From assembly GCA_900556135.1 (NCBI GenBank), contig USNR01000001.1, positions 16,485 through 48,484 of the forward strand: a stretch of 32,000 bases of DNA. Direction: 5' to 3'. The notes under the pieces are model-generated. The model had not been told where the DNA came from. It searched no databases and saw only the letters and a program-made list of their open reading frames with translations. Each line of letters opens with the position of its first letter. The first letter of the stretch is position 1. Shown in pieces: positions 7,700-17,399 of the stretch. Position numbers and translations under genes: made by a program. The DNA is from an uncultured Clostridium sp. (lineage in GTDB: Bacteria > Bacillota > Clostridia > TANB77 > CAG-508).

Positions 7700-9958
7700 T
7701 TACATCATATTATTTGGATTTATATCACAAATAATTTTTGTTTGATTATTTTTATTTTTTGAAATTTCTTTATTCGCCTTTTGTAATACTTCATTTAATA
7801 AAACAATTATTTTTTCATTAAGTTTGCACTTTATAATTATTCTCCATCTTATTTTATTTTTTATTCTATCAATTGGAGCTGAAACTGGTTTAAAAACATT
7901 CATTTCTATATTATTTTTTTCTTTGTAAATGTTTATAATGTTAAAAATATTTTTAGCCGTATTTTTCACTTCTTCTTTTGTTCGTCCATTAATTCCAAGC
8001 AATATTATATCACAAAAAGGCGGATATCTCAATTGTTTTCTTATTTGTATTTCCGTATCGTAAAACTTTTTATAATCTTGCAATTTAGAATACTGAATGC
8101 TAAAACTGTCCGGGTTATATGTTTGTATAATAACATTTCCCTTGTCTTTTCCTCTTCCCGCTCTTCCCGCTACTTGTGTTAGTATTTGAAATGTTCTTTC
8201 ATTTGCCCTATAATCATCAATATTTAAGCTGCTATCTGCCGCAATTACTCCAACCAAAGTAACATTTGGGAAATGATGTCCTTTAACTACCATTTGCGTT
8301 CCTATTAAAATATCTATATTTTCATTTCTAAATTTATTTAAAATTTCCTCATGAGAATTTTTCTTGGTTACTGTATCAACATCCATTCTAATAGTAGTAG
8401 CTTCTGGAAATAATTTATTTATTTCTGCTTCTAGCTTTTGAGTTCCAGTTCCAAAATATCTAATGTTTTTACTACCGCAAGTAGGACATATATTTATTGC
8501 TTTAGTTTCATACCCGCAATAATGACATTTTAATTTATTTTCTCTTAAATGGTATGTTAATGATATGTCGCAGTTCTTGCATTTAGCCGTATATCCACAA
8601 TCCCTGCACATTATAAAAGTTGAAAAACCTCTTCTGTTCAAGAACAAGATAGTTTGTTTTTTGTTTTTTATATTCTCTTCTATCATAGTATGCAATTTTC
8701 CACTTATCATTGATTTATTGCCTGATGCCAATTCTAATCTTAGGTCTACTATTTCTACTTCAGGCAGTTCCGAATTGTTTGCTCTTTTAGTTAATTCAAC
8801 TAATTCCATTTTTCCATTTGTCGCTTTATAGTACGATTTTATATCTGGTGTAGCACTTCCTAATACTAACGGAACATTATTTTTCTTTGCTAGGTAACTT
8901 GCAATATCTTTTGCATTATATCTAGGAGTTGTCTCTGATTTATACGACTCATCATGTTCCTCATCTATTATTATTAATCCTAAATCTTTAACAGGTGCAA
9001 AAATTGCTGAACGTGCTCCTATTACAATTTTTGCATCTCCTCTTTCTATTTTTTTCCATTGGTCATATCTTTCACCAACAGATAGCTTACTATGTAACAC
9101 AGCAATTCTTTCTTCTCCAAATCTACTAGTAAATCTATCTACTGTTTGTGGCGTTAATGATATTTCTGGAACTAGCATTATACTTGTTTTATTTTTTTGT
9201 AAAACCTTTTCTATCAGCTGAATATATATTTCTGTTTTACCTGAACCTGTTACTCCAAATAATAAAAATTCTTCATTCTCATCAAATTCTATACATGCCG
9301 ATATTTTATCAAAGGCTTCTTGTTGTTCTGCAGTTAACTGCATATTTTTTGTTTTATTTACAACTTTATGTATAAAAGGATTTCTTTCAACCTCTTTTTG
9401 TATAATCTCTACATAACCATTCTTTTCTAAAGTTTTTATTACCGCTAAAGATACATCTGCAAACATTTGCAAGTCCGATGAAAGTATTTCGTCATTTTCC
9501 ATTAAAAATCTTAATGCACGTATTTGTTTTTCTGATTTTATTATTTTATTTTCTATGTCTTCTTCTATTTCGTCATTATCTTTTTTTAAATATACAAAAT
9601 TTTTAAATTTATCATTAACTCTATTTTCAAATTTTTTTGTTGTAGTTCCTGGGGGTAGCATTAATTTTATGCAATCCGAAATATTACAAAAATATCTATG
9701 TGCCATAATCTTTGCAAGCTTAATATTTTCTTTTGTTAAATATTGTTTTTCCTCTATGTTTGCAATGCTTTTCACCTTATAATCAGAAGTTTCTTTAATT
9801 CCAACCACAAAACCTTCTTCTAGCTTTTTTAAGTTTCCAAAAGGCACAAAAACACTACTTCCAATAGATATTTTTTCTTCCATATCTTGTGGAATTGCAT
9901 AATCGAATGTTCTATTCAAACTCTTTACATTGCTATTTATTATAATTTCTGCTATCAT
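7700..9958 (-). CDS. priA: Primosomal protein N' (replication restart helicase PriA)
   Basis: MIAEIIINSNVKSLNRTFDYAIP N-terminus, Walker A GVTGSGKTE, DEEHD box, and a Cys-rich zinc region (CRDCGYTAKCKNCDISLTYH...CHYCGY...CPTCGS). The ATG at 9958 has an AGGAAGAG RBS, so the track start at 10030 adds an implausible 24-aa extension. Confidence 0.95.
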   Translation of the reverse strand: MIAEIIINSNVKSLNRTFDYAIPQDMEEKISIGSSVFVPFGNLKKLEEGFVVGIKETSDYKVKSIANIEEKQYLTKENIKLAKIMAHRYFCNISDCIKLMLPPGTTTKKFENRVNDKFKNFVYLKKDNDEIEEDIENKIIKSEKQIRALRFLMENDEILSSDLQMFADVSLAVIKTLEKNGYVEIIQKEVERNPFIHKVVNKTKNMQLTAEQQEAFDKISACIEFDENEEFLLFGVTGSGKTEIYIQLIEKVLQKNKTSIMLVPEISLTPQTVDRFTSRFGEERIAVLHSKLSVGERYDQWKKIERGDAKIVIGARSAIFAPVKDLGLIIIDEEHDESYKSETTPRYNAKDIASYLAKKNNVPLVLGSATPDIKSYYKATNGKMELVELTKRANNSELPEVEIVDLRLELASGNKSMISGKLHTMIEENIKNKKQTILFLNRRGFSTFIMCRDCGYTAKCKNCDISLTYHLRENKLKCHYCGYETKAINICPTCGSKNIRYFGTGTQKLEAEINKLFPEATTIRMDVDTVTKKNSHEEILNKFRNENIDILIGTQMVVKGHHFPNVTLVGVIAADSSLNIDDYRANERTFQILTQVAGRAGRGKDKGNVIIQTYNPDSFSIQYSKLQDYKKFYDTEIQIRKQLRYPPFCDIILLGINGRTKEEVKNTAKNIFNIINIYKEKNNIEMNVFKPVSAPIDRIKNKIRWRIIIKCKLNEKIIVLLNEVLQKANKEISKNKNNQTKIICDINPNNMM

Positions 9959-10087
9959 TTTTCTCTTCCTTTTGACATATTTTATCATACAAAAAAAGCA
10001 AAGTAAAGGCGATAAAACAAGAAAGTACATGATTGTTTTCTTTTTTCAACCATGTACTTTCTTATCTATCCCTGACCATCTAAACAG

Positions 10088-10648
10088 TTATTTATTTATC
10101 CATTCTTTATATTCTTTAATTATTTTATCTGCTACTTCTTCTGGTGCTAATCCTGTGGTATCTATAACTAAATCGTAATTAGACAAGTCATCTTTTCTTA
10201 CGTTATATAATTGCCAATAGCGCTCATTCTCCAAAGCATATCTTTTTTGCATGTCTGCTTTATGTTGTTCTATAGATTCGAACTTTTCTGTTTCTTTTCT
10301 GTTTTCATCTTCAAATGCTCTTCTAGCAGCAACGTCAATATCTACAGTTAGATATACTTTAAAAGACTCTGGCACAGCATACCAACCAAGTCTTGCATCA
10401 ATTATAAATTTTTCGTGGTCTTTTGCATACTCTGCAGCACTGTTTTCTATTTGTCTATCTATTTCTGGGTGAGATTTAACATACTCATTAAATGTTGTGA
10501 CATCCATTCCCATTTCTTTTCCTAATTTTCTAAAATAATCGCCATTTCTATATATGCCATAATTTAATTTTTCCATTAGTACTTTAGAAACTGTGCCTTT
10601 ACCACTTGCTAATTCACCACCTAGGGAGATGATCTCTTTTTTATTCAT
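10088..10648 (-). CDS. P-loop nucleoside monophosphate kinase, cytidylate kinase-like family
   Basis: 186 aa with the P-loop GGELASGKGT and an NMP-kinase-like layout. Its start overlaps the rpoZ stop by 1 nt (TAATG), which suggests translational coupling. Confidence 0.7.
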   Translation of the reverse strand: MNKKEIISLGGELASGKGTVSKVLMEKLNYGIYRNGDYFRKLGKEMGMDVTTFNEYVKSHPEIDRQIENSAAEYAKDHEKFIIDARLGWYAVPESFKVYLTVDIDVAARRAFEDENRKETEKFESIEQHKADMQKRYALENERYWQLYNVRKDDLSNYDLVIDTTGLAPEEVADKIIKEYKEWINK

Positions 10649-10848
10649 TATTCTTCTTCCTTACATACTTGAACTTTATCGTCTTCAATTTCGTCTGCAG
10701 CTATTGAAACTGTAGCTACATCATCTGTTTTTGTTAATGGTTCGTTCCCTTTTGCTAATTGTCTTGCTCTTTTTGCAGTTGCTATAACTAGAGTATATCT
10801 GTTATCCACCTTTTCTAATAATTCTGCAACAGTTGGTTTTGTCATCAT
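10648..10848 (-). CDS. rpoZ: DNA-directed RNA polymerase subunit omega
   Basis: 66 aa, PTVAELLEKVDNRYTLVIATAKRARQL, downstream of remA. Confidence 0.9.
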   Translation of the reverse strand: MMTKPTVAELLEKVDNRYTLVIATAKRARQLAKGNEPLTKTDDVATVSIAADEIEDDKVQVCKEEE

Positions 10849-10869
10849 AATAAAAATTCCTCCCTTAAT

Positions 10870-11121
10870 TTACAAATCTTCTATTATATTATTAGCCATT
10901 CTATTGGCTATTGTTTCTGGCTGAATTGCTGATAAAATTACATTTCCCGTATCTATCAGGATTACGGCTCTCGTTTTTCTTCCACAAGTTGCATCTATTG
11001 CAACTCCTCTGTCTTTAGCTTCTTGAATCATTCTTTTAACTGGCGCGGCTTCCGGACTGACAATAGCAATTACTCTGTTTGCTACCACAATATTGCCAAA
11101 GCCAATATTGATAAAATGCAT
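10870..11121 (-). CDS. remA: Extracellular matrix / biofilm regulator RemA (DUF370)
   Basis: [71 protein letters not shown] is the highly conserved RemA sequence. Confidence 0.9.
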   Translation of the reverse strand: MHFINIGFGNIVVANRVIAIVSPEAAPVKRMIQEAKDRGVAIDATCGRKTRAVILIDTGNVILSAIQPETIANRMANNIIEDL

Positions 11122-11395
11122 CTTTTTTTTCCTCCTTTACTATATATTCTCACTCACTCTTTAAATTAACTAAGTTATTCTTATACCCTATTGGAGGCAT
11201 TGTAAAGAGAGGCTTGTTCCATATATTGCCGCTTTTGGTTAATCCGATTCTTTTTACAGCTTATGTTTTATATAATTTTATAACTCTCTTTTCAATTTTA
11301 CTACATAATTCCTAATAAGTCTAGTATTTTCAGTATATTTGTAGAATTTTAATTTTTCTATTGTAGAAAAAACTTATTAAATTATTTTTTATTTT

Positions 11396-12691
11396 CTATT
11401 CTTCTATAATCTCTTTTACATCACTTATGCTATTTTTGTAATTTTTCTTTTCTTTAGCATCAATCACAGTAGCTTTTATTATGTAATATAGATCTATTAA
11501 CATTATTACAAAATTTATAAGTATCATAAATTTTTCTCTATGCAATATATACACATAGATTGCTACTAATGTTATCACTGATACTCCAAAAAATTCCACT
11601 CCTATTAGTGCTAATTTTCCACTATCTTTATTGTATGCATTTTCAAATATCATTATAGTAACAGCTATCAAAGATAAACTAAATACTCTTAAATCCACTA
11701 AAAACGATTCTGGCGCAATATTTAAACATCCTAAATTTAAGAATATAAAATATATTGTTATTAAAATTGCTAATAGCACATTTATTCCTATTTCTTTGTA
11801 TATTTTTTGTTTTACCTCTTTAGGTAATTTCTTTTTATTTTCTATTTTTTTAGCAATTTCTTCTGGATTATATTTTTCTTCTTTTTTTCTTTTTGCATTT
11901 TGATTTTTGGTATTATTATCTATTTTTAGTTTTCCTGTTGTCTCATCTTCTTTAATCTCTACTACTTTTTTGCTTCTTTTTTCTTCAACTTTTTCTATGT
12001 TAGCTAATTGCTCTGCTATTATTTTCTTTATCTTCTCATCATTCTTTTTGGCTTGTTTTGTTGCATTTCTTGGTTTTTTCGTAGTTTTAGCTGTTGCTGT
12101 ACTCTTTTTTGCAGTTGTCTTCTTGGCCTGAGTGCCTTTAGCATCTGCCTTTTTTGAATTTGCTTTTTTTGTTATCTCTTCTTTATTTTCATCATTCGTT
12201 TTTCTTTTTTTGCTATCTGACTTCGTAATCTTTTCTAGACTCTCATCAATATCACTCATTTTCTTTGCCCTTGGCTTCGTACCACTACTGTTTTTTGCTT
12301 TACTTGTGCTACTTTTCTTTATTTCTTTTTCAACTTTATTTTCCGTATCTTTTTCTAATTTTTCGCCTTTTTTAGTTGTTACCTTTGATGTTTTTTTAGT
12401 TGTGGTTGCAACTTCTTTTTTTGTCTTTTTCGCTGTATCAGAATCTTTCTTTTTATCTACTGATTTTTCCTTAACTCCAGATTCAACTGTTGTTTTTTTA
12501 ATGCCACTCGTTGTCTTTTTTCTTGTTGAAGTTTTTTTAGTATCTTCAACAACTTTCGCACTTTCAGCTTTCACTTTTTTTGTGTCTGTTTTCTTTTTAG
12601 TAGTAGTAGTTTTGCTTGTTGTAGTTTTTTTATTACTATTTTCCAATGGTTCTATTGTTTCTTCATTTATTACTTTTTTTCTTCCAGCCAT
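11396..12691 (-). CDS. Lys/Thr/Glu-rich low-complexity protein with C-terminal 4-TM membrane anchor (unknown function)
   Basis: 431-aa ORF. The first ~300 aa are KKTT/KKxK low complexity. The last ~130 aa contain four hydrophobic helices (INVLLAILITIYFIFLNLG..., VFSLSLIAVTIMIF, LALIGVEFFGVSVITLVAIYVYIL, FMILINFVIMLIDLYYII). Confidence 0.6.
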   Translation of the reverse strand: MAGRKKVINEETIEPLENSNKKTTTSKTTTTKKKTDTKKVKAESAKVVEDTKKTSTRKKTTSGIKKTTVESGVKEKSVDKKKDSDTAKKTKKEVATTTKKTSKVTTKKGEKLEKDTENKVEKEIKKSSTSKAKNSSGTKPRAKKMSDIDESLEKITKSDSKKRKTNDENKEEITKKANSKKADAKGTQAKKTTAKKSTATAKTTKKPRNATKQAKKNDEKIKKIIAEQLANIEKVEEKRSKKVVEIKEDETTGKLKIDNNTKNQNAKRKKEEKYNPEEIAKKIENKKKLPKEVKQKIYKEIGINVLLAILITIYFIFLNLGCLNIAPESFLVDLRVFSLSLIAVTIMIFENAYNKDSGKLALIGVEFFGVSVITLVAIYVYILHREKFMILINFVIMLIDLYYIIKATVIDAKEKKNYKNSISDVKEIIEE

Positions 12692-12757
12692 TTTTTCCTT
12701 TCTTCCCTTTCTTTTTCTTCTTACTTCTCATCTTGCATTATCAATTTTATATCTCAT

Positions 12758-13501
12758 TTATTTTTCTAATTCATATATAATATTGCTTGCCATTACTAGA
12801 CCTGCAGTTTCAGTTCTTAAAATTCTATTTCCAAGTGTTACTATTCTCACATTTTCCAAACTACTAAGCATTTCAATTTCTTTTTCGTCTATCCCGCCTT
12901 CTGGTCCAATCAAAATTCCAATATTATACTCTTGCTTTTCATTTATTTTTTTCAATTCTTCTTTTAAAGTAGTTTTTTTCTCATTTTCATATGCTATAAA
13001 AAATAAATCAAAGTCCTTTGTCTGTTTTTTAACATCCTCCATATTTTTAATATTAGTCACTTCCGGTATTATATCTCTCATTGACTGTTTAGATGCAATT
13101 TCAGATATTTTTCTCCATCTTTCTATTTTTTTATCTTCCTTACCATTTAGTTTAACAACTGTTCGTTTCATCATAACTGGAACTATTTTTACTACTCCAA
13201 TTTCTGTATTTTTTTGAATTATTAATTCTAATTTATCAAATTTTGGTAGTCCCTGAAAAATTGTGATTTTTACATTAGACTCAGTTTGGCTTCCTATTTT
13301 TTCTACTATTTTACATTCAACTATATCCTTGCCATAACCTTGGATAGCTGCTAAATAGTTTTTCCCATTTTCACTATTACAAATGTTAATTTCTTCTTTA
13401 GGCTTCATTCTCAACACATTTATTATATGATTTACATCTTCGCCTTTTATTATTATATTATTATCTCTAATCTGTTCACTTTTCACAAAAAACTTTGGCA
13501 T
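12758..13501 (-). CDS. rsmE: 16S rRNA (uracil1498-N3)-methyltransferase
   Basis: MPKFFV... N-terminus, a PUA-like N-domain, and the C-terminal SPOUT knot motif GILIGPEGGIDEKEI...LGNRILRTETA. Confidence 0.85.
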   Translation of the reverse strand: MPKFFVKSEQIRDNNIIIKGEDVNHIINVLRMKPKEEINICNSENGKNYLAAIQGYGKDIVECKIVEKIGSQTESNVKITIFQGLPKFDKLELIIQKNTEIGVVKIVPVMMKRTVVKLNGKEDKKIERWRKISEIASKQSMRDIIPEVTNIKNMEDVKKQTKDFDLFFIAYENEKKTTLKEELKKINEKQEYNIGILIGPEGGIDEKEIEMLSSLENVRIVTLGNRILRTETAGLVMASNIIYELEK

Positions 13502-13594
13502 ATCTCATTTCCTTCAAAAAAATTCATTAATATTATATCACAAGTTTCTCCAGTTTGCCATAATAAGATACCAAAAATTATAAATCATAAAAAA

Positions 13595-16231
13595 TTACAA
13601 CCATTCTCCATATTGCTTAATATACCATTTTTTTATAATTTCTACTAAAATTGAATACATTACAAGAAGTAATAATACAAATCCATAGTAGTGTAGTGGT
13701 AATATTTCAAAGTGAAAACTTTTTACATTGTGTAACAAAATTGGCGTTAATATTGTTCCAACTATTGTTGCAATAGTTCCTAATGTTAACCATTTATTTG
13801 CTCTAGACTCTATAAAAGGTTTCTTTGCAGTACGCACATAATGAATTATCATTGTCTCACTTATCAAACACTCTACAAACCATGCTGTTTGGAAAAATGT
13901 TTCTTTACTTGCATTATATCCAAATACAAACCAGAATACTAAAAATGCGATAACATCTGTAATAGAACTTGTAATTCCCATAACATTCATAAATTTACTA
14001 ATTCCAGAAGTGCTCCACTTTTTTGGTCTTTCTAGAAATTCTTTATCAACATCATCATATGGTATCGCAATTTGTGAAATATCATACAAGAAATCTTGTA
14101 AAAGCATTTGAATAGGTAACAATGGTAGGAATGGCAAGAAAATACTTGCAATAACAATACTAAAGACGTCTCCAAAATCAGAACTTAAAGCCATTTTCAT
14201 ATATTTTATAATATTACCATATACTTTTCTGCCTTCAATAACACCATTGTATATTACATTCAAATTCTTCTCTAACAAAATAATATCTGCCGCTTCTTTT
14301 GCTATATCCGTTGCAGAATCAACACAAATTCCTACATCAGACATATGAAGTGATGGTGCATCATTAACTCCATCTCCCATATAGCCAACTACATGTCCGT
14401 TTAATTTTAGTTGCTTTACAACTCTCTCTTTTTGCAAAGGATTCATTCTAGCAAAAACATGAACTTCTTCTACTTTTTTTGCTAGTTCCTCATCAGACAT
14501 TTTATCTATTTCTGTTCCAATTAAGATTTGCGTATTATCAATTCCCACTAAATTGCAAATATTACTAGTAGCATATTGATTATCCCCTGTTAATATCTTT
14601 GTATCTACTCCAATTTTCTTTAGCTTATTAATAGTTGATTTTACATCTTTTTTAGGCGGATCTAAGAATGCTACAAATCCAATAAATGTCATTTCTTTTT
14701 CATCTGATAAATTAAATATATTTATTCCCCTGTACTCTCTTTTTGAAGCTAATGCTATAACTTGCATTCCCTGAGTTGCAAACTCTTTTGCCTTTTCTTC
14801 AACCAATTCAATCATATCTGGTGTTAAATCTACAATTTTTCCTTCATATTTAACACGCGTACATACTTTTAGAATCTCCTCTAGTGCTCCTTTAGTAAAC
14901 ATTCTATATCCGTTATTTTTATTACTTTTTACCACAACACTCATGCGTTTTCTTGTATAATCAAAAGGTATTTCGTCTATTTTAGTATATTCATTTATAA
15001 TTTCTTTTACACCATTTTTATTACCATAACTTATTATTGCTCTATCCACAAGATTTTTCATTCCTGTTCCAAAATAGCTATTAAGATATGCGTATTCTAA
15101 AATAGATATATCTTCTTTTCCATGTACATCAATATACTTTTGTAAAACTATTTTATCTTCTGTTAAAGTTCCTGTTTTATCTGTACATAAAACATCTATA
15201 GCTCCTAAATTCTGAATAGAATTTATATTTTTAACAAGCGTTTTTTTCTTGGCTAGTACCTTTGTTCCTCTTGTTAAATTTACATTTACAATCATTGGTA
15301 GCATGCTAGGAGTAATACCAACTGCAACAGATAAAGCAAATAGAATAGCCTCTAGCCAATCTTTTCTAATAAGTCCATATATAACAAATACGCCAATAGA
15401 CACTACAGCCATATACTTTATAAGCATCTTTGTTATATTATTCATTCCTTTTTCAAAATTTGTTAATTCCTTTTTATTATCTAGTTCTTTGCTCATCCTT
15501 CCTAAATATGTTGTAAATCCAGTATCTATAACTACACCAGTTGCACTTCCACTAACAACACTAGAGCCCATTAAACATATATTAGGAATAGAAAAGATTT
15601 CCTTTTCTTTTGCTGCTGTACCAGGCAAGTGTGCCATTTTTTCAACCGGTACACTTTCACCTGTAAACACAGATTGGTTAACAAATAAATCCTTGCTTTC
15701 TATAAGAATTAAATCTGCTGGAATCATTGCTCCCGCATTTAAATGAACAATATCACCAGGCACAACATTCTCTACCCTAATTTCTTTTTCTTTATTATTT
15801 CTTAGAACATGTGTTGTAGTATACAGCTTAGATTTTAGTTCTAGATTAAATTTATATACACTATAATCTTGAAAATATCTAATCAAAGCACTAACAACTG
15901 CAATCCCTATTATTATATAACTTCCTAAAGCATCACTTAGAAAATAATTTATAACTGCTAGTACTATCAAAATTAATATAAACTTGTCCCTAAACGCATC
16001 AACTAAAAAAAGCAATCTACTCCTTTTTTCATTTTTCACAACCACGTTTGGTCCATTTTCCTCTAACAACTCTTCTGCTTTTTCTTCTCTTATACCACAA
16101 TCTCCTGTATTAAACTCTGTAAATACTTCTTCTTTATTCTTAGTTGATTCTTTATAATATTTTTCAAATAACTCGGTGTCTTCTTTTTTTAACTTTTTAT
16201 TATTCTTTTTTATATCAAATAATTGAATCAT
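13595..16231 (-). CDS. mgtA: Magnesium-translocating P-type ATPase
   Basis: 878 aa with TGES (FTGESVPVEK), the phosphorylation site CTDKTGTLT, LTGDN and GDGVNDAPSL. Length and topology fit the MgtA/MgtB subgroup. Confidence 0.85.
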   Translation of the reverse strand: MIQLFDIKKNNKKLKKEDTELFEKYYKESTKNKEEVFTEFNTGDCGIREEKAEELLEENGPNVVVKNEKRSRLLFLVDAFRDKFILILIVLAVINYFLSDALGSYIIIGIAVVSALIRYFQDYSVYKFNLELKSKLYTTTHVLRNNKEKEIRVENVVPGDIVHLNAGAMIPADLILIESKDLFVNQSVFTGESVPVEKMAHLPGTAAKEKEIFSIPNICLMGSSVVSGSATGVVIDTGFTTYLGRMSKELDNKKELTNFEKGMNNITKMLIKYMAVVSIGVFVIYGLIRKDWLEAILFALSVAVGITPSMLPMIVNVNLTRGTKVLAKKKTLVKNINSIQNLGAIDVLCTDKTGTLTEDKIVLQKYIDVHGKEDISILEYAYLNSYFGTGMKNLVDRAIISYGNKNGVKEIINEYTKIDEIPFDYTRKRMSVVVKSNKNNGYRMFTKGALEEILKVCTRVKYEGKIVDLTPDMIELVEEKAKEFATQGMQVIALASKREYRGINIFNLSDEKEMTFIGFVAFLDPPKKDVKSTINKLKKIGVDTKILTGDNQYATSNICNLVGIDNTQILIGTEIDKMSDEELAKKVEEVHVFARMNPLQKERVVKQLKLNGHVVGYMGDGVNDAPSLHMSDVGICVDSATDIAKEAADIILLEKNLNVIYNGVIEGRKVYGNIIKYMKMALSSDFGDVFSIVIASIFLPFLPLLPIQMLLQDFLYDISQIAIPYDDVDKEFLERPKKWSTSGISKFMNVMGITSSITDVIAFLVFWFVFGYNASKETFFQTAWFVECLISETMIIHYVRTAKKPFIESRANKWLTLGTIATIVGTILTPILLHNVKSFHFEILPLHYYGFVLLLLVMYSILVEIIKKWYIKQYGEWL

Positions 16232-16313
16232 TCTAATCCCTCTTTCTATATTCTATATAATAACACAACATCAAAAAAATATCTGTATTTTTAGAAATTT
16301 TTTTAATTTTTTA

Positions 16314-16350
16314 TATAAAAAGAATAGAGCAAACTTTTGCTCACTCTATT
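16314..16350 (-). terminator. Rho-independent terminator downstream of the small pilin-like gene
   Basis: The minus strand reads AATAGAGTGAGCAAAAGTTTGCTCTATT followed by CTTTTTATATAAAAAA. Confidence 0.5.
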
Positions 16351-16414
16351 GTCTTACATTATCAATCTAAGTTTAATATAATTTTTCAATTCAAAAAGGC
16401 CGTACTTCTTCATT

Positions 16415-16780
16415 CTAAATATATAAAATAGCTCTAAAACCAACATCTTCAGAGGTATCAGTAGGGTAAACCACATAGCTTCTATTTTCCTCAACATAAT
16501 TACCAGAACTTTTTATTTTGCCAAACTCAGAGTTATCAATTCCCAAAATTTTATCTATGTCACTATCAGCTGTTTCTAATTGCTCTTGCTCATTTGCACT
16601 AGCATTTGAATACTTATCTCTACTCTCGCCTGATTTTTTTATAATTCCATTATTATCTAATACCAATGTAATGCTTATTCCTGCTAATATTAATAACACA
16701 ACAATCGTTACCACAAGTGCCACTAATGTGATGCCCGAGTGTCTTCTTTCCTTTTTTAAAATTTTACATTTGTTTTTCAT
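16415..16780 (-). CDS. Small (121 aa) pilin-like N-terminal helix protein
   Basis: MKNKCKILKKERRHSGITLVALVVTIVVLLILAGISITL is paralogous to the N-termini of the 4654-6105 and 28105-28956 proteins. The ATG at 16780 has a GGAG RBS. The track start at 16858 lies inside the conserved non-coding leader. Confidence 0.75.
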   Translation of the reverse strand: MKNKCKILKKERRHSGITLVALVVTIVVLLILAGISITLVLDNNGIIKKSGESRDKYSNASANEQEQLETADSDIDKILGIDNSEFGKIKSSGNYVEENRSYVVYPTDTSEDVGFRAILYI

Positions 16781-16826
16781 ACTAAATTTTTCTCCTTTTT
16801 TATATTTCTCCTTTTTAATATACTCA

Positions 16827-16970
16827 CTAGCGCATTTGCTAATAAATATGAGACACAATTAGGGATTGAAATTTTCTCTTAACTATGAACCCACGTCTTT
16901 AACGTAGGACGATAAGGGAAATTTCTTTTCCTAATTTGGAACATATTATTAGTCAAAATGAGCGGTTGTC
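16827..16970 (-). repeat. Long-hairpin element, copy C2 (core 16860-16933), part of the 5' leader of the small pilin-like gene
   Basis: The minus strand reads GACAACCGCTCATTTTGACTAATAATATG...TAGGAAAAGAAATTTCC...TAAAGACGTGGG...TCATAGTTAAGAGAAAATTTCAATCCCTAATTG...CATATTTATTAG..ATGCGCTAG. It is homologous to 29046-29189 (same strand) and to 17400-17546 (opposite strand). Confidence 0.8.
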
Positions 16971-17060
16971 CTTCGCATTATTTTCTAATTTAATGCTCTA
17001 GTTTCAATGTTTACAAGCATTTCAAAATTTGGTATTAAGTATATTTTTGTTCATACTGAA

Positions 17061-17089
17061 AGTATAGCAATAAACTGCGAAAAAATCAA
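17061..17089 (-). promoter_or_regulatory. Sigma-A type promoter of the small pilin-like gene leader
   Basis: The minus strand reads TTGATT-N17-TATACT with TGC immediately upstream of the -10 (extended -10). Hexamers and spacing are identical to 29283-29311. Confidence 0.6.
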
Positions 17090-17399
17090 CATTTGAAAAC
17101 AAAAAGTTTTAAACAAATTATAAGAAAAATATTTTTTATAAGTCATTAAAAATTACTAGGAATGTTAGAATGTCACGGATATATACTAATAAAAAAAGAA
17201 TGCCAGATTTTCTTAAGTAATATACTTAATTCAAAAATAATTTTTATGTAACCAAATTTTATTTTATCTTGCTTAAATTCTATAACAAACCGTTTTATTT
17301 TTCAAGTCATTTTATCCTCAAATTTTAATTAAAGTAAAAATGAAAGTAATTTTCTATCACAAATTAAGGTCTATAATTTTTGTCAATTATTTTTCTTCT

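Noticed and set aside
11122-11395. Structured RNA in the 274-nt spacer upstream of remA
   Set aside because: It is slightly GC-richer than its surroundings, but I found no convincing helices, repeats or known motif. It probably just holds the promoter and leader.
12132-13217. 361-aa plus-strand ORF, the longest plus-strand ORF in the track
   Set aside because: It lies antisense to the Lys-rich gene and rsmE. Its product is F/L/S/V low complexity generated by the complement of A-rich coding sequence. It has no RBS and no recognisable domain, so it is a shadow ORF.
16232-16313. Mg2+ (M-box) riboswitch upstream of mgtA
   Set aside because: Only about 80 nt of AT-rich sequence lies between the upstream terminator and the mgtA start. 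That is too short, and it lacks the GC-containing multi-helix M-box architecture.
16781-16858. N-terminal 26-aa extension of the small pilin-like ORF (MCLIFISKCASEYIKKEKYKKGEKFS)
   Set aside because: The extension runs into the block that is conserved as non-coding DNA upstream of the 28105-28956 gene. The internal ATG at 16780 has a GGAG RBS and aligns with the paralog N-termini.
16781-17060. c-di-GMP or another known riboswitch in the pilin-gene leaders
   Set aside because: None of the conserved cores I remember for GEMM-I/II, preQ1, glycine, fluoride, ZTP and similar classes is present. The fold is a single long AU-rich irregular hairpin. A formal Rfam scan is still needed.
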